Positions 29,387 through 39,155 of a DNA stretch of 64,000 nt are shown piece after piece. Below the pieces are notes generated by a model. It searched no databases, was not told the DNA's origin, and saw only the letters and a list, made by a program, of their open reading frames with translations. This DNA is from Candidatus Wolframiiraptor gerlachensis. Its GTDB lineage: Archaea > Thermoproteota > Nitrososphaeria_A > Caldarchaeales > Wolframiiraptoraceae. The stretch covers positions 32,001 through 96,000 of the forward strand of contig JAJPCT020000018.1 in assembly GCA_021323375.2 (NCBI GenBank), read 5' to 3'. Position 1 is the first letter of the stretch. Every line of letters begins with the position of its first letter. A program made the translations under genes and the position numbers.

Positions 29387-30685
29387 TTACTCCCTGACTA
29401 TCCTCAGCTTGATGGCGTGAACAGAGCATGAGATACATGGATCATAGTTTCTTATCGTAGTCTCTACTATGTGTTGCGCCTTTTCCGGGGGCCCACTCAA
29501 GATAAGATCCCCGACCTTGAATATGTCCTCCTCCATCGCGGCATAGTTCTGGGTTGTTGGCGGGACTATGTTCGCGTAGAGTATCCTACCCCTCTCATCT
29601 ATCCTATAGCGGTGGTATAGCATCCCCCTCGGGGCCTCGACTATCGCAGCCGCCTCACCAGCCCTGACAACCGCCTCAATATATGGAGCATGAGGTTCTG
29701 AATATTCCTCGATGAGCCTCCCTATCTCGATTATCGAGTGGAGGTTCTCGGCAGCCCTTGCCACGATGCTCTGATAAGTATTCTTGAGGGGGGCTTTGTA
29801 TCCAGCCTTTTCTAGGATATCTTTAACCTCCGGCGCTAGGAGGTCGTAGTTTAGGTTGAACCTTGCGATGGGCCCGGTGATATATGACCTGCCATTCCTC
29901 AACCTGTAATGCAGGCCTGTGGAATACTTCTTCTGCTCAACAATGATGTTATCCTCGAAGGAGTCTTCCGGGAATTCCCAGCCCAAGTTGTTAGCAACCA
30001 CGCCCTCGAGTATCGGGTACTCCTTCTTCCCCTTGAGGGACATAATGACCATGTCATACTCGATGTCCGGCAGATCTAGGTTTAGGATGAACTCGAGGAG
30101 CTTCTCGCCCTTCTTCCTAATCTCATCATAGTCGCGGGCCAGAGGTTCGAGCTCCTCTCTTCTTATGATCCTGTATAGACCTCCAACCCTGAAGCCTATC
30201 GGGTGGATTGCGCGGCCCCCAATTATCTCTATTGCCCTATTACCCCAGCTCCTCACGGCGATGGCGTCCCTGACAAAGTCCGGGTAATCCCTCGCCATCT
30301 CGAGAGCGGAATGATATCCTAGGAAGTCCGGCGCATGGAGGAATGCGAAGTGCAGAACATGGCTCTCGATCCACTCGCCGTAGAAGGCTATCTTTCTAAG
30401 GATCTTTATCTCCTCTGGGATATCTATTCCGAGGATCTTCTCCATGGCCCTGCAGGCCGCAAAGATATAGGCGAGAGGACATATGCCGCAGATCCTCGCT
30501 GTTATATCAGGCGCCTCAAGATAAGGTCTTCCGCGGAGAAATGCCTCAAAGAACCTCGGAGGCTCGAATATGTTGACCTCGACATAGTCTAACTTGCCAT
30601 TCTTCACTCTTACCCAGACTCCTCCCTCACCCTCGACCCTCGCCAGCTGGCTGACCTTTATCTCGAAACTCTTACTCTCGCTCAT
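29387..30685 (-). CDS. hydA: Group 3b [NiFe] sulfhydrogenase large (alpha) subunit
   Basis: RVEGEG, EPPRFFE, L1 RICGIC, EAPRG, L2 DPCISCSVH plus short cleavable tail. Confidence 0.94.
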   Translation of the reverse strand: MSESKSFEIKVSQLARVEGEGGVWVRVKNGKLDYVEVNIFEPPRFFEAFLRGRPYLEAPDITARICGICPLAYIFAACRAMEKILGIDIPEEIKILRKIAFYGEWIESHVLHFAFLHAPDFLGYHSALEMARDYPDFVRDAIAVRSWGNRAIEIIGGRAIHPIGFRVGGLYRIIRREELEPLARDYDEIRKKGEKLLEFILNLDLPDIEYDMVIMSLKGKKEYPILEGVVANNLGWEFPEDSFEDNIIVEQKKYSTGLHYRLRNGRSYITGPIARFNLNYDLLAPEVKDILEKAGYKAPLKNTYQSIVARAAENLHSIIEIGRLIEEYSEPHAPYIEAVVRAGEAAAIVEAPRGMLYHRYRIDERGRILYANIVPPTTQNYAAMEEDIFKVGDLILSGPPEKAQHIVETTIRNYDPCISCSVHAIKLRIVRE

Positions 30686-31457
30686 ACCTCTCCAGGAACC
30701 TCCTAATAGGATCAGACCAACCTGTAAAGCCTCTCAACCTAAGAATAACCTCCTCCTTTGGAAGGCCTATCTCCTCAAGCCTCCTAGCAAGCGCGTCGGG
30801 CTTCGGATCTATCATGGGGCCAAAGCATCCATAACATCCGCGGCCATAACTTGGGCAGAGGGCGCCGCATCCTTCAACCATTATCGGTCCAAGGCATGGA
30901 ATCCCCCGGGAAACCATCACGCAGACATTCCCCCCTCTCTTACACTCTTGGCACAAGCTCTCAAGCCTATGATAAGGCCTCCTACCAGTCAGCACCTGCT
31001 TCAAGACGCTGAAGAGCTGAAGCTCATTCACGGGGCATCCACTAACCTGATAATCCACCCTTATGTGGTCGGATACTGGCGTGGACTTCTCGAGGCTATT
31101 AATCCACTCCGGCTTCGGGTAAACCTGCTTGACAACATCCTGATAATTCATCCAGTTTCTCAACGACTGGATGCCGCCATAGACAGCGCAAGTGCCTATC
31201 GCAATCACGATCCTCGAATTTTTCCTAATCTCCTTGACCAGCTCAACCTCATGCGGCGTTGAGACTGATCCCTCGATTAACGCGACGTCATATGGCCCCG
31301 GATCGATTCTGCTACTGGCCTCGAGGAAATACGCTATCTCGACCTTCTCAATTAGCGAGAGTAGGTTTTCTCCCAGATCTATCAGCTTATCTTGGCACCC
31401 ACTACATGACGAGAACTTGAAAACCGCTAACTTTGCTTTCTTATTATTCCCGCTCAT
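30672..31457 (-). CDS. hydD: Group 3b hydrogenase small (delta) subunit
   Basis: SCSGC, EGSV, GTCA, GCP, CQECK, CLGP, GCGALCP, CYGCFGP. Confidence 0.93.
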   Translation of the reverse strand: MSGNNKKAKLAVFKFSSCSGCQDKLIDLGENLLSLIEKVEIAYFLEASSRIDPGPYDVALIEGSVSTPHEVELVKEIRKNSRIVIAIGTCAVYGGIQSLRNWMNYQDVVKQVYPKPEWINSLEKSTPVSDHIRVDYQVSGCPVNELQLFSVLKQVLTGRRPYHRLESLCQECKRGGNVCVMVSRGIPCLGPIMVEGCGALCPSYGRGCYGCFGPMIDPKPDALARRLEEIGLPKEEVILRLRGFTGWSDPIRRFLERYERE

Positions 31458-32284
31458 ATCTCATCCACCCAGAAATACTTCTTAATTAGCCAGTATGGGA
31501 ATACGGGGCCATGTCTGCAGACGAAGTAGGGGCCCACTTGGCAGTGGCCGCAAAGCCCGATCCCGCACTTCATCCTCCTCTCTAGGGAGAAGTAGATCTG
31601 ATTCTCCTTAAACCCGATCTGCTCAAGAGCCTTAACGGTGAACCTCATCATTATCTCGGGGCCGCAGACGAGGGCTATAGTCCTCTCGACATCTATCCTC
31701 GCCATCGGTATAAGCTCTGTAACAACGCCGACATGATACCTCCAAGTCTCATCAGGGTGATCGACGGTAAGGAGGAACTCCGTATTCGGTATCTCCCTAT
31801 ACCGGTCGAACTCATAGCGGTAGAGTAGGAGGCTGGGAGTTCTCGCTCCATAAAGTATCGTTAGCTTCCCATACTTCCCCCTATTCCTTTCAACCTCTAG
31901 GATGACTCCCCGGAGTGGCGCTAGCCCAATACCGCCAGCCACGATGAGCACATCCTTTCCAGCGAGCTTCTCGATTGGCCAGCCCTTACCATAGGGCCCC
32001 CTTATGCCAACCAAGTCGCCCTCACGCATCTTAAACAGGTAATCGGTCAATGCTCCAACAGATCTTACAGTCTGAACTAGGATCCCATCCTCCAACCCGC
32101 ATATTGAGACGGGGGCCTCACCCACGCCTGGAACGTATACCTCGGTGAATTGCCCCGGCTTAGGCGCCTCAACGAGGCCCCCCTGTACTCTGAAGTAGAA
32201 TGTCTTGGTATCTGGGGTCTCGGGGACTATCTTGACGATCTCGGCCCTAACCGGCACCATCGGAGTCCTGACTACCTCCTGCAC
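31454..32284 (-). CDS. hydG: Group 3b hydrogenase gamma subunit (FAD/NAD(P), [2Fe-2S])
   Basis: PGQF, RGPYG.GW, AGGIGLAPLR, CGPEIMM, LERRMKCGIGLCGHC. Confidence 0.93.
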   Translation of the reverse strand: MQEVVRTPMVPVRAEIVKIVPETPDTKTFYFRVQGGLVEAPKPGQFTEVYVPGVGEAPVSICGLEDGILVQTVRSVGALTDYLFKMREGDLVGIRGPYGKGWPIEKLAGKDVLIVAGGIGLAPLRGVILEVERNRGKYGKLTILYGARTPSLLLYRYEFDRYREIPNTEFLLTVDHPDETWRYHVGVVTELIPMARIDVERTIALVCGPEIMMRFTVKALEQIGFKENQIYFSLERRMKCGIGLCGHCQVGPYFVCRHGPVFPYWLIKKYFWVDEI

Positions 32285-33387
32285 CTCGTCTCCACCTCCT
32301 TCACCACATCTCTCACAACTTGCCTAAGATCTATTCCTGCGGGACACCAGGTTATGCACCTGCCGCATCCCACACATCCAAATGTCCCGAACTGCCTGAT
32401 CCAATACACGAACTTGTGGAGAACCCAGTGCCTATACCTAGCGTAGAGGCTTTTCCTGAAGTGCCCCCCAGCGACCTGAGCATAGCTATAGCTATGGCAT
32501 CCATCCCAGATCCTAATCCTCTTCGCGGATCCATCAAGCTCTGGCTCATCAATAACATCAAAGCAGAAGCATGTAGGGCATACCATATTACAATTAGCAC
32601 AGCCGAAACATCTCTCAGCAATCTTCCTATAAACCTCCGAGTCTAATCCCATCTCGAGGGTCTCAGGAAGATTTTCCAGAGTGAACTCCGCTCGAGCCTT
32701 CTTAGACGCATCCAGCATGAGGTTTCTGAGGAAGTCAACCTGTTCATCCTCGGCAGGCCTGAGACTGAGCTCGCTGAGTATATCCACCCCGAGATCGCTC
32801 CCCGGCTGGAAGATTACAACGCCGCTGCCAACCCTAGTATAGGCCACATCGAATCCCTTGAAAGCAAACGGGCCCGTGCCCATGGTCGCGCAGAAGCATG
32901 TATCTCCAGGCTCCACGCAGTTCTCGACGATGAGAAGAAGGTTCTCCCTAACCTTCCGATAATACTCGTCTCCCAGCTCGCCCTGAACACCATCCATGAC
33001 ATTTATCGCAGCAAGATCACAAGGCTTTATACCGAAAAAGGCCGTCTTGTAGAACTCGAACCTCGGATATTCCACGCTCAGATCAGGCCTAATGATAAAT
33101 AGGAGTAGCTCTGGGGGGTATAGGAACCTCTTTGGCGAGTCCGGGCCATGCCTGAACCTGCCGCCATTATTGACAACGCGATAATATCCAGGAGCCTGCT
33201 TATCCCCATAGCCATATGGGATCTCATTGAAATCATTTAATTGCTCAAGCCTTATGACGGAATTCACGAGCTTGGGCCCTATGACCCTATAACCTCTAGA
33301 AACCGCCACATTGAACAGCGACTTAAGGTCATCTTCCACACCGGAGTAGACCGACCCCCGGAACAACACTTGATCTGCGAAGATCAT
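32272..33387 (-). CDS. hydB: Group 3b hydrogenase beta subunit (AsrA-like [4Fe-4S])
   Basis: FGIKPCD, CFC, CFGCANCNMVCPTCFCF, R.WDGC, CVGCGRCITWCPAGID. Confidence 0.92.
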   Translation of the reverse strand: MIFADQVLFRGSVYSGVEDDLKSLFNVAVSRGYRVIGPKLVNSVIRLEQLNDFNEIPYGYGDKQAPGYYRVVNNGGRFRHGPDSPKRFLYPPELLLFIIRPDLSVEYPRFEFYKTAFFGIKPCDLAAINVMDGVQGELGDEYYRKVRENLLLIVENCVEPGDTCFCATMGTGPFAFKGFDVAYTRVGSGVVIFQPGSDLGVDILSELSLRPAEDEQVDFLRNLMLDASKKARAEFTLENLPETLEMGLDSEVYRKIAERCFGCANCNMVCPTCFCFDVIDEPELDGSAKRIRIWDGCHSYSYAQVAGGHFRKSLYARYRHWVLHKFVYWIRQFGTFGCVGCGRCITWCPAGIDLRQVVRDVVKEVETRCRR

Positions 33388-33510
33388 AAAATCGTTATAA
33401 TTTTAACCTTTCTAAAGAAAGCATTAGCCTCATTATGGAGAACCAGCTCTAGTTAAGTTTTGAGGTTGGAGGGGCTTTCGCGCGTTTTACCTGTTGAAGT
33501 TCTCCCGAAT

Positions 33511-34605
33511 TCAGGTTGCTGTCAATTTTCCAAGTTTATTCAAGCTAACGCTTCCCACATTGACGAGGCTTGGATTCAGCTTAACACTCATGTCTATTAT
33601 GATCTCTGCAATCTCGGCTGAAAGCTCGGCCTGCCTCTTCATACTCCATATAAATTGCGTGAAGTTGGGTCAAAGCACGCTCACATCGCATTTAACCGAT
33701 CTATACCTTAACCTATCGATAATTTCATTTTCGCCGAGTTCTATATCCTCGAGATATCTTCTTATCGCCTCGTTGGCCAGCCTAATATCCTTTGAAAATA
33801 TGGCTCTTATGGCCTTTTCACGAATATTCCGGCAACGTTCATAATATTCCGTAAGTTTTTGAAGTGTCTCCTTATCAAGTTCCACCTCGCAGGTCAGTAT
33901 TTTTAGAACGCTCTTGGCGCCGAGCTTGGATAAATCGGCCATTCTTTCAAGGCAGTAGCCCATTATCGCGAGGAAAGATATCTCCAATGGTTGTGTTATC
34001 CCTAGATTCTCGGCAAAATTCCTCTTCTTATGAGCGGTTGAGAGGGCTCTGGAGAATAGATAGTAGAGCTTATTTACCTCCTCATCCCTCAATATCACCA
34101 TCTTAGCTAGTTCGCGATTCCCCTCAATAAACGCCCTGAAATACTCCTCCTGCATGGATGAGACCAAGTTACAGATCCTCTCTAGAATTGAATAGATTGA
34201 GGACTTAAGGACATCTACTATACATTGTAGCACGACGTGCTGCTCAGTCTCATCCATTACAGAGACCCCTGTCAGCAATTTTAACGCCTCCCGGATCTCC
34301 TTGATATGCCTATAGCTTAAGCGAGTTTTTGAGATAATCTCGATCATGTCGACACCGGCAATATAGCTCGCAACAATCAGCCTGTTTAGAAGCCCGGGCT
34401 GATCGCATAGATCCGCATTTATCCTGCAGGCTTCAAGGGTATGGTCTGCGTCCGATTTAGCGGGCCACAATCTTAACGAACCATCATTATATTCTTCGAT
34501 AACTATGGCGTCCCCCTGCTTAAGACCATGCTCCCTAACCCACCAGTAGGGTAAGGAGATTGTTAAAGTGCCCTTACCAACACGCTGTATCTTACGCTGC
34601 TCCAT
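33511..34605 (-). pseudogene. AbrB-PhoU domain transcriptional regulator with a premature in-frame TGA at 33670-33672
   Basis: AbrB N-terminus RKIQRVG..T..ISLP..WV and PhoU repeats. The frame stays open 52 codons past the TGA (PNFTQFIWSMKRQAELSAEIAEIIIDM...), supplying the last PhoU helix. Confidence 0.75.
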
Positions 34606-34736
34606 GAAATCCCCCAGTAAAATAGCATAATTTTCGCTAGATAAGATTTATTGTCCGAGGCCTAGGAGAAATTTAGGGTAAATACCTTATATACTGGAAT
34701 ATTTTTTCTATTTCTCTAGGTATATATCAAGCTGGT

Positions 34737-35234
34737 TTGGTAAATGCTTGGGGTAAAATGAGTGGGAAGATATGTTCCGGCAATCTGATCGAATCTCTCC
34801 AAAGAATTCAAGAAAAGCAAGGATTCTTGCCGAGAGACTCATTAATAAAGCTTTCCCGGGATACGCGGAGCCCTCTAAGCAGGATATTCGGTGTAGCGAC
34901 ATTTTACCACCAGTTCAGGCTGGAACCGCCTGGAAAAGTAACGATTGCTGTTTGCATGGGGACTGCATGCCATCTTAGGGGGAATGCTGAGAACTATGAA
35001 TTTCTAAGGAGATTCTTGGGTATACGGCCCGACAGATCGACGAGCGATGATGGCCTATTCTCCTTGGAGAAGGCTAGATGCTTTGGCTGCTGTAGCCTAG
35101 CCCCAGTGGTGAAGATCGGTGATATGCTCGTCGGCAAGGCCACGCCTAGGGAGCTTCAAAAGGCGATCTCCCGCGTTAGGGAGTCGATTCTGAGGGAGGA
35201 GGCTGCTCGCGGGGCTGGGGGTGGTAAGACATGA
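34737..35234 (+). CDS. HydC/NuoE-like [2Fe-2S] diaphorase subunit (start may be ATG 34758)
   Basis: GVATFY..F, VCMGTACH, RCFGCCSLAP. Confidence 0.92.
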   Translation: MVNAWGKMSGKICSGNLIESLQRIQEKQGFLPRDSLIKLSRDTRSPLSRIFGVATFYHQFRLEPPGKVTIAVCMGTACHLRGNAENYEFLRRFLGIRPDRSTSDDGLFSLEKARCFGCCSLAPVVKIGDMLVGKATPRELQKAISRVRESILREEAARGAGGGKT

Positions 35235-37204
35235 TGAGGCAGGAGTACTGGACATTAATGGATCCATGTTGCGATTATTGTCTTCATTCTCGGGACAATC
35301 CTTGCGCGAAGTATGTTGTCTGCAGAATGCGCGGGCCATTCTGTCACAGGAGTGTGGAGTGTAGGGAGAAGAGGCAGCGGAGGATCAGGGAGGTGCTTTA
35401 CGGCTCGCAGGGCGTTAGAATTAATATCGGTGCATCGAGCTGCGGCTTGGCTGCTGGCGCCGAACGGGTCCTCGAGGCCGTGAAAGATGGTCTCAGATCA
35501 ATGGGCGTGGAGGCGGAGGTTTCCGCGGTGGGCTGTCTGGGATTATGCTTCATGGAGCCCTTCATCGAGATTCAGAGCGAGGATGGTCCATCTCCGATCT
35601 ATGGCTATGTATCGCCCGAGAATGTTGGCGATATTCTTGCCAGGTATTTTGAGGAGGGGAGCGTGGATGGCGCATTCGCGATCAGGAAGCGCACGGGCAG
35701 ATTCAAGGACGAGGATAAGGTCCCCCTCTTGGATGAGCTTGATGTCTGGAGGAAGCAGGTGAAATGGGTTTCTAGAAACTGTGGTGTGATTAACCCGGAG
35801 TCGATCGAGGAGTATATTGTTACAGGCGGTTATGAGGGGCTTTCAAGAGCGCTGACGATGAGGCCTGAGGAGGTTATCGAGGAGATTAGGCTGGCGGGGC
35901 TTAGGGGTAGAGGTGGAGCCGGGTTCCCAACATGGCTCAAGTGGAAGATATGCCGCGAGCAGCCATCAGAGGAGAAGTATGTCATCTGTAATGCTGATGA
36001 GGGTGATCCGGGGGCTTTCATGAATAGGCTCTTGGCGGAGTCTGATCCACACAGGGTGCTGGAGGGCATCATAATAGCTGGATACGCGATAGGCGCTTCT
36101 CAGGGCGTGATTTTTGTCAGGGCGGAGAAGCCCCTGATGGCTGCCAGGCTTGAGAAGGCCGTGGAGGATGCTCGCCGATGGGGGCTTCTGGGCGAGAATA
36201 TCCTCGGATCGGGATTCAGCTTCGATGTGAGGGTGATGAGGAGTGCTGGGGCATTTGTATGCGGGGAGGAGACGGCTATGATAGCGGCTATCGAGGGGAG
36301 GCGTGCGATGCCGCGGCAGCGGCCACCATACCCAGCCTCTAAGGGCCTTTGGGATAAGCCAACGGTGGTCAATAACGTCGAGACGCTGGCGCATGTCGCG
36401 ACGATAATGGCGCATGGATGGCGGGAGTTCGCGAAATATGGGACTGAGCGGAGCAAGGGGACGAAGATGTTCTGCGTAACCGGCGGCGTTAAGAGGACAG
36501 GCGCATTCGAGGTTCCAATAGGCACCACGATCAGGACCCTCGTGTATGATATAGCTGGGGGGCCGCATGAAGGCAGAAGGATAAAGGCGGTTCAGATAGG
36601 AGGACCCTCAGGCGGGTGCCTCCCAGAGAGGCTATTCGACCTACCTATCGATTATGAGAGCCTTCAGGAGGCTGGCGCGATAATGGGCTCCGGGGGCCTA
36701 GTGGTCATAGATGACACTAACTGCATGGTTGATGTGGCGAGATACTTCACTTCATTCACCTTAGCCGAGTCTTGTGGTAAGTGTATACCATGCAGGGTTG
36801 GCACGAAGGCGTTGTATGACCGCTTATCCGCGATAGTTGAGGGTATGAGTAGCCAAGAGGACCTACAATTGCTCGAGGAGATTGGGATTATGATGAAGGA
36901 GGCGGCTCTATGCGCCTTAGGCGGGACCGCGCCAAATCCGATCCTATCATCACTCAGGTACTTTAGAGATGAATATGAGGCCCATATATTGGAGAAGAGA
37001 TGCCCGGCGAAAGTTTGTAGAAAGCTTGTCTCATATGCTATAAACCGGGAGCTTTGCGTCAAATGTGGATTATGTGCCAAGTCATGTCCTGTGGGCGCGA
37101 TAGCAAAAACAGCTGATGGTTACTTCATGATAGATGAGTCTAGGTGCATCAGATGTGGCACGTGCGTTATCACGTGTCCGAGAGGTGCTGTTGAGAAGAG
37201 GTGA
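35231..37204 (+). CDS. HydB/NuoF-like FMN/NAD diaphorase subunit, bifurcating-type architecture
   Basis: GRGGAGFPT, NADEGDPGAFM, GAFVCGEETA, GGPSGG, ESCGKCIPCR, CPAKVC, C-terminal 2x[4Fe-4S]. Confidence 0.93.
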   Translation: MMRQEYWTLMDPCCDYCLHSRDNPCAKYVVCRMRGPFCHRSVECREKRQRRIREVLYGSQGVRINIGASSCGLAAGAERVLEAVKDGLRSMGVEAEVSAVGCLGLCFMEPFIEIQSEDGPSPIYGYVSPENVGDILARYFEEGSVDGAFAIRKRTGRFKDEDKVPLLDELDVWRKQVKWVSRNCGVINPESIEEYIVTGGYEGLSRALTMRPEEVIEEIRLAGLRGRGGAGFPTWLKWKICREQPSEEKYVICNADEGDPGAFMNRLLAESDPHRVLEGIIIAGYAIGASQGVIFVRAEKPLMAARLEKAVEDARRWGLLGENILGSGFSFDVRVMRSAGAFVCGEETAMIAAIEGRRAMPRQRPPYPASKGLWDKPTVVNNVETLAHVATIMAHGWREFAKYGTERSKGTKMFCVTGGVKRTGAFEVPIGTTIRTLVYDIAGGPHEGRRIKAVQIGGPSGGCLPERLFDLPIDYESLQEAGAIMGSGGLVVIDDTNCMVDVARYFTSFTLAESCGKCIPCRVGTKALYDRLSAIVEGMSSQEDLQLLEEIGIMMKEAALCALGGTAPNPILSSLRYFRDEYEAHILEKRCPAKVCRKLVSYAINRELCVKCGLCAKSCPVGAIAKTADGYFMIDESRCIRCGTCVITCPRGAVEKR

Positions 37205-37869
37205 TGGTGATGAAGGTTAGGATAAATGGTTTGGAGGTGGAGGCAAGGGAGGGCGAGAGGATACTCGATGTCGCCAATCGCCTGGGCATTAGGATACCAA
37301 CCCTCTGCTATCTCAAAAATGTGTATGAGGGCGCCTCCTGCAGAATCTGCGTCGTCGAGCTAGGTAATGGAAAGTTGATACCAGCCTGCGCCTATGAGGT
37401 GTCCGATGGCCTCACTATCAGCACCGATACTCCGAGGATTAGGGAGAGCAGGAGGGTGACGCTGGAGCTGCTGCTCTCTGCTCATAGGATTACGTGCCAG
37501 AATTGTCCCAAGAAGGGTGAGTGCACCCTAGTGGAGCTATGCTCCGAGTACGGTGTTGAGGGGATACCAGTATGCGCCGAGTGCCCTCTCCACGGAGAGG
37601 ACTGCTTCATCGCGAGGAGCGAGATCTGCCTAGGCCCGATCACGGCTAGCGGATGCAAAGCTGAGTGTATTCGCGATGGGAGGACTTGCGAGGGCTGCAG
37701 GGGTCCAGTCACGAGGAGAGACGTGATAGAGTGGGCTAGAGGGATTTACATCGAGCATGGCATATCGTTGGAGGCGGTTCTTGAGAAGCTCAAGACATAT
37801 TGTGCTTCATCACGCGAATTCGACCTAATTCGCGAGTATCTTGTGGTGAAGGAGGTGGTTGAGGGATGA
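37201..37869 (+). CDS. Fusion of a HydA/NuoG N-terminal [2Fe-2S] + His-[4Fe-4S] module to the C-terminal half of a group 3 [NiFe] small subunit
   Basis: IPTLC..SCRICVV..PAC and HxxxCxxCxxxxxC (HRITCQNCPKKGEC), then VCAECP..C..CLGPITASGC.A.C...CEGCRGP. Confidence 0.85.
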   Translation: MMVMKVRINGLEVEAREGERILDVANRLGIRIPTLCYLKNVYEGASCRICVVELGNGKLIPACAYEVSDGLTISTDTPRIRESRRVTLELLLSAHRITCQNCPKKGECTLVELCSEYGVEGIPVCAECPLHGEDCFIARSEICLGPITASGCKAECIRDGRTCEGCRGPVTRRDVIEWARGIYIEHGISLEAVLEKLKTYCASSREFDLIREYLVVKEVVEG

Positions 37870-39155
37870 TGAGTGTTCCTGGTATTGATAGGATAGTGGG
37901 CCACGCGACCCTGGACATAGATATGGAGAGAGGGGCGCTGGATGCGCGTTTCAAGGTCTTGAATGATCCACGCTTCATAGAGGCCATAGTGCTAGGGAAG
38001 AAGTATTATGAGGTTCCATCAATTGTCTCTAGGATATGTGGGCCATGTAGCATAAGCCATACGATAACCGCTACGATGGCCATAGAGAAGGCTCTTGGAG
38101 TGAGCGTCCCGGAGCCGGTGAGAATTCTCAGGAGGATAGCTGTGCTTGGGGAAGTGGTTGAGAACCATCTCCTACATCTCACGCTGGTGTGCTTGCCGGA
38201 ATACTTTGGATATGCCGATCTTATTGAGGTCGCCAAGTATAAGCCAGAGCTCCTCAAGAGCATACTGCTCATCAGGTCACAGCTTTCCAAGATCATGGAA
38301 ATGATCTCTGGGAGGCTCGTCCACCCGAACACGCTGATGATAGGTGGGTTCTCCAAGACCCTTGGGAAGACGAAGCTCGAGGAGGCGAGGAACATGTTAA
38401 GGGAGATCAGGGGCAAGATCATCGATATCGCGGAAATATTTCTCGAGATCGAGTTCCCCGAGTTCGAGGTGATAATGGAAGCATGCGCATCCCTGAGGGA
38501 CGACTACCTCTACATCGGGGATGAGATAATCACCTCGGATGAACGGAGGGTTAGAGCGGAGGATTATAGGAAGGTGTTCATAGAGGATGTGCAGCCATAT
38601 ACGACTTCGAAGAGGGTGACGCTTGAGGGGCTGCCCGTATACGTTGGGGCTAGGGCGAGGGTGAACTTGAAGGCCGACATGCTCTCAGAGAGGGCTAAAT
38701 CCTATCTCAAGGCGAGGAGATTCCCGCTGAGAAACCCGTTCGATAATCTAAGGGCGCAGGCCATAGAACTGATTCACTGCATGGATGCCATGGAAATGTT
38801 AATTGAGGAGGTTCTCAATATCCTCGAAGCCAAGTCAATTCATGTAGGATCAGGGATCATGATTAGGGAGGGTGCTGGTGTTGGGGTGTCTGAGGCCCCC
38901 CGCGGCATACTAATCCACCATTATGAGGTTAATTGCTGGGGCAACGTGGTCTATGCCAACGTGATAACGCCAACGACAATAAATTGTAGGCACGTGGAGG
39001 TCGCGGCCCTGGAGCTTATCAGGCACTATTTCTACGAGGATGCACCGGCCACTGAGATAGAACGCTACCTGAGAAAGCTCGTGCAGGCATATGACCCATG
39101 TCTCGGCTGCGCAACCCACTCGGTCAAGATAAACATTAGGGGGTTGAAAGCATGA
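37866..39155 (+). CDS. Group 3-like [NiFe] hydrogenase large subunit of the hybrid complex
   Basis: L1 RICGPC, EAPRG, PTT, L2 DPCLGCATH plus tail; N-terminal RIVGH in place of RxEG. Confidence 0.9.
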   Translation: MMSVPGIDRIVGHATLDIDMERGALDARFKVLNDPRFIEAIVLGKKYYEVPSIVSRICGPCSISHTITATMAIEKALGVSVPEPVRILRRIAVLGEVVENHLLHLTLVCLPEYFGYADLIEVAKYKPELLKSILLIRSQLSKIMEMISGRLVHPNTLMIGGFSKTLGKTKLEEARNMLREIRGKIIDIAEIFLEIEFPEFEVIMEACASLRDDYLYIGDEIITSDERRVRAEDYRKVFIEDVQPYTTSKRVTLEGLPVYVGARARVNLKADMLSERAKSYLKARRFPLRNPFDNLRAQAIELIHCMDAMEMLIEEVLNILEAKSIHVGSGIMIREGAGVGVSEAPRGILIHHYEVNCWGNVVYANVITPTTINCRHVEVAALELIRHYFYEDAPATEIERYLRKLVQAYDPCLGCATHSVKINIRGLKA

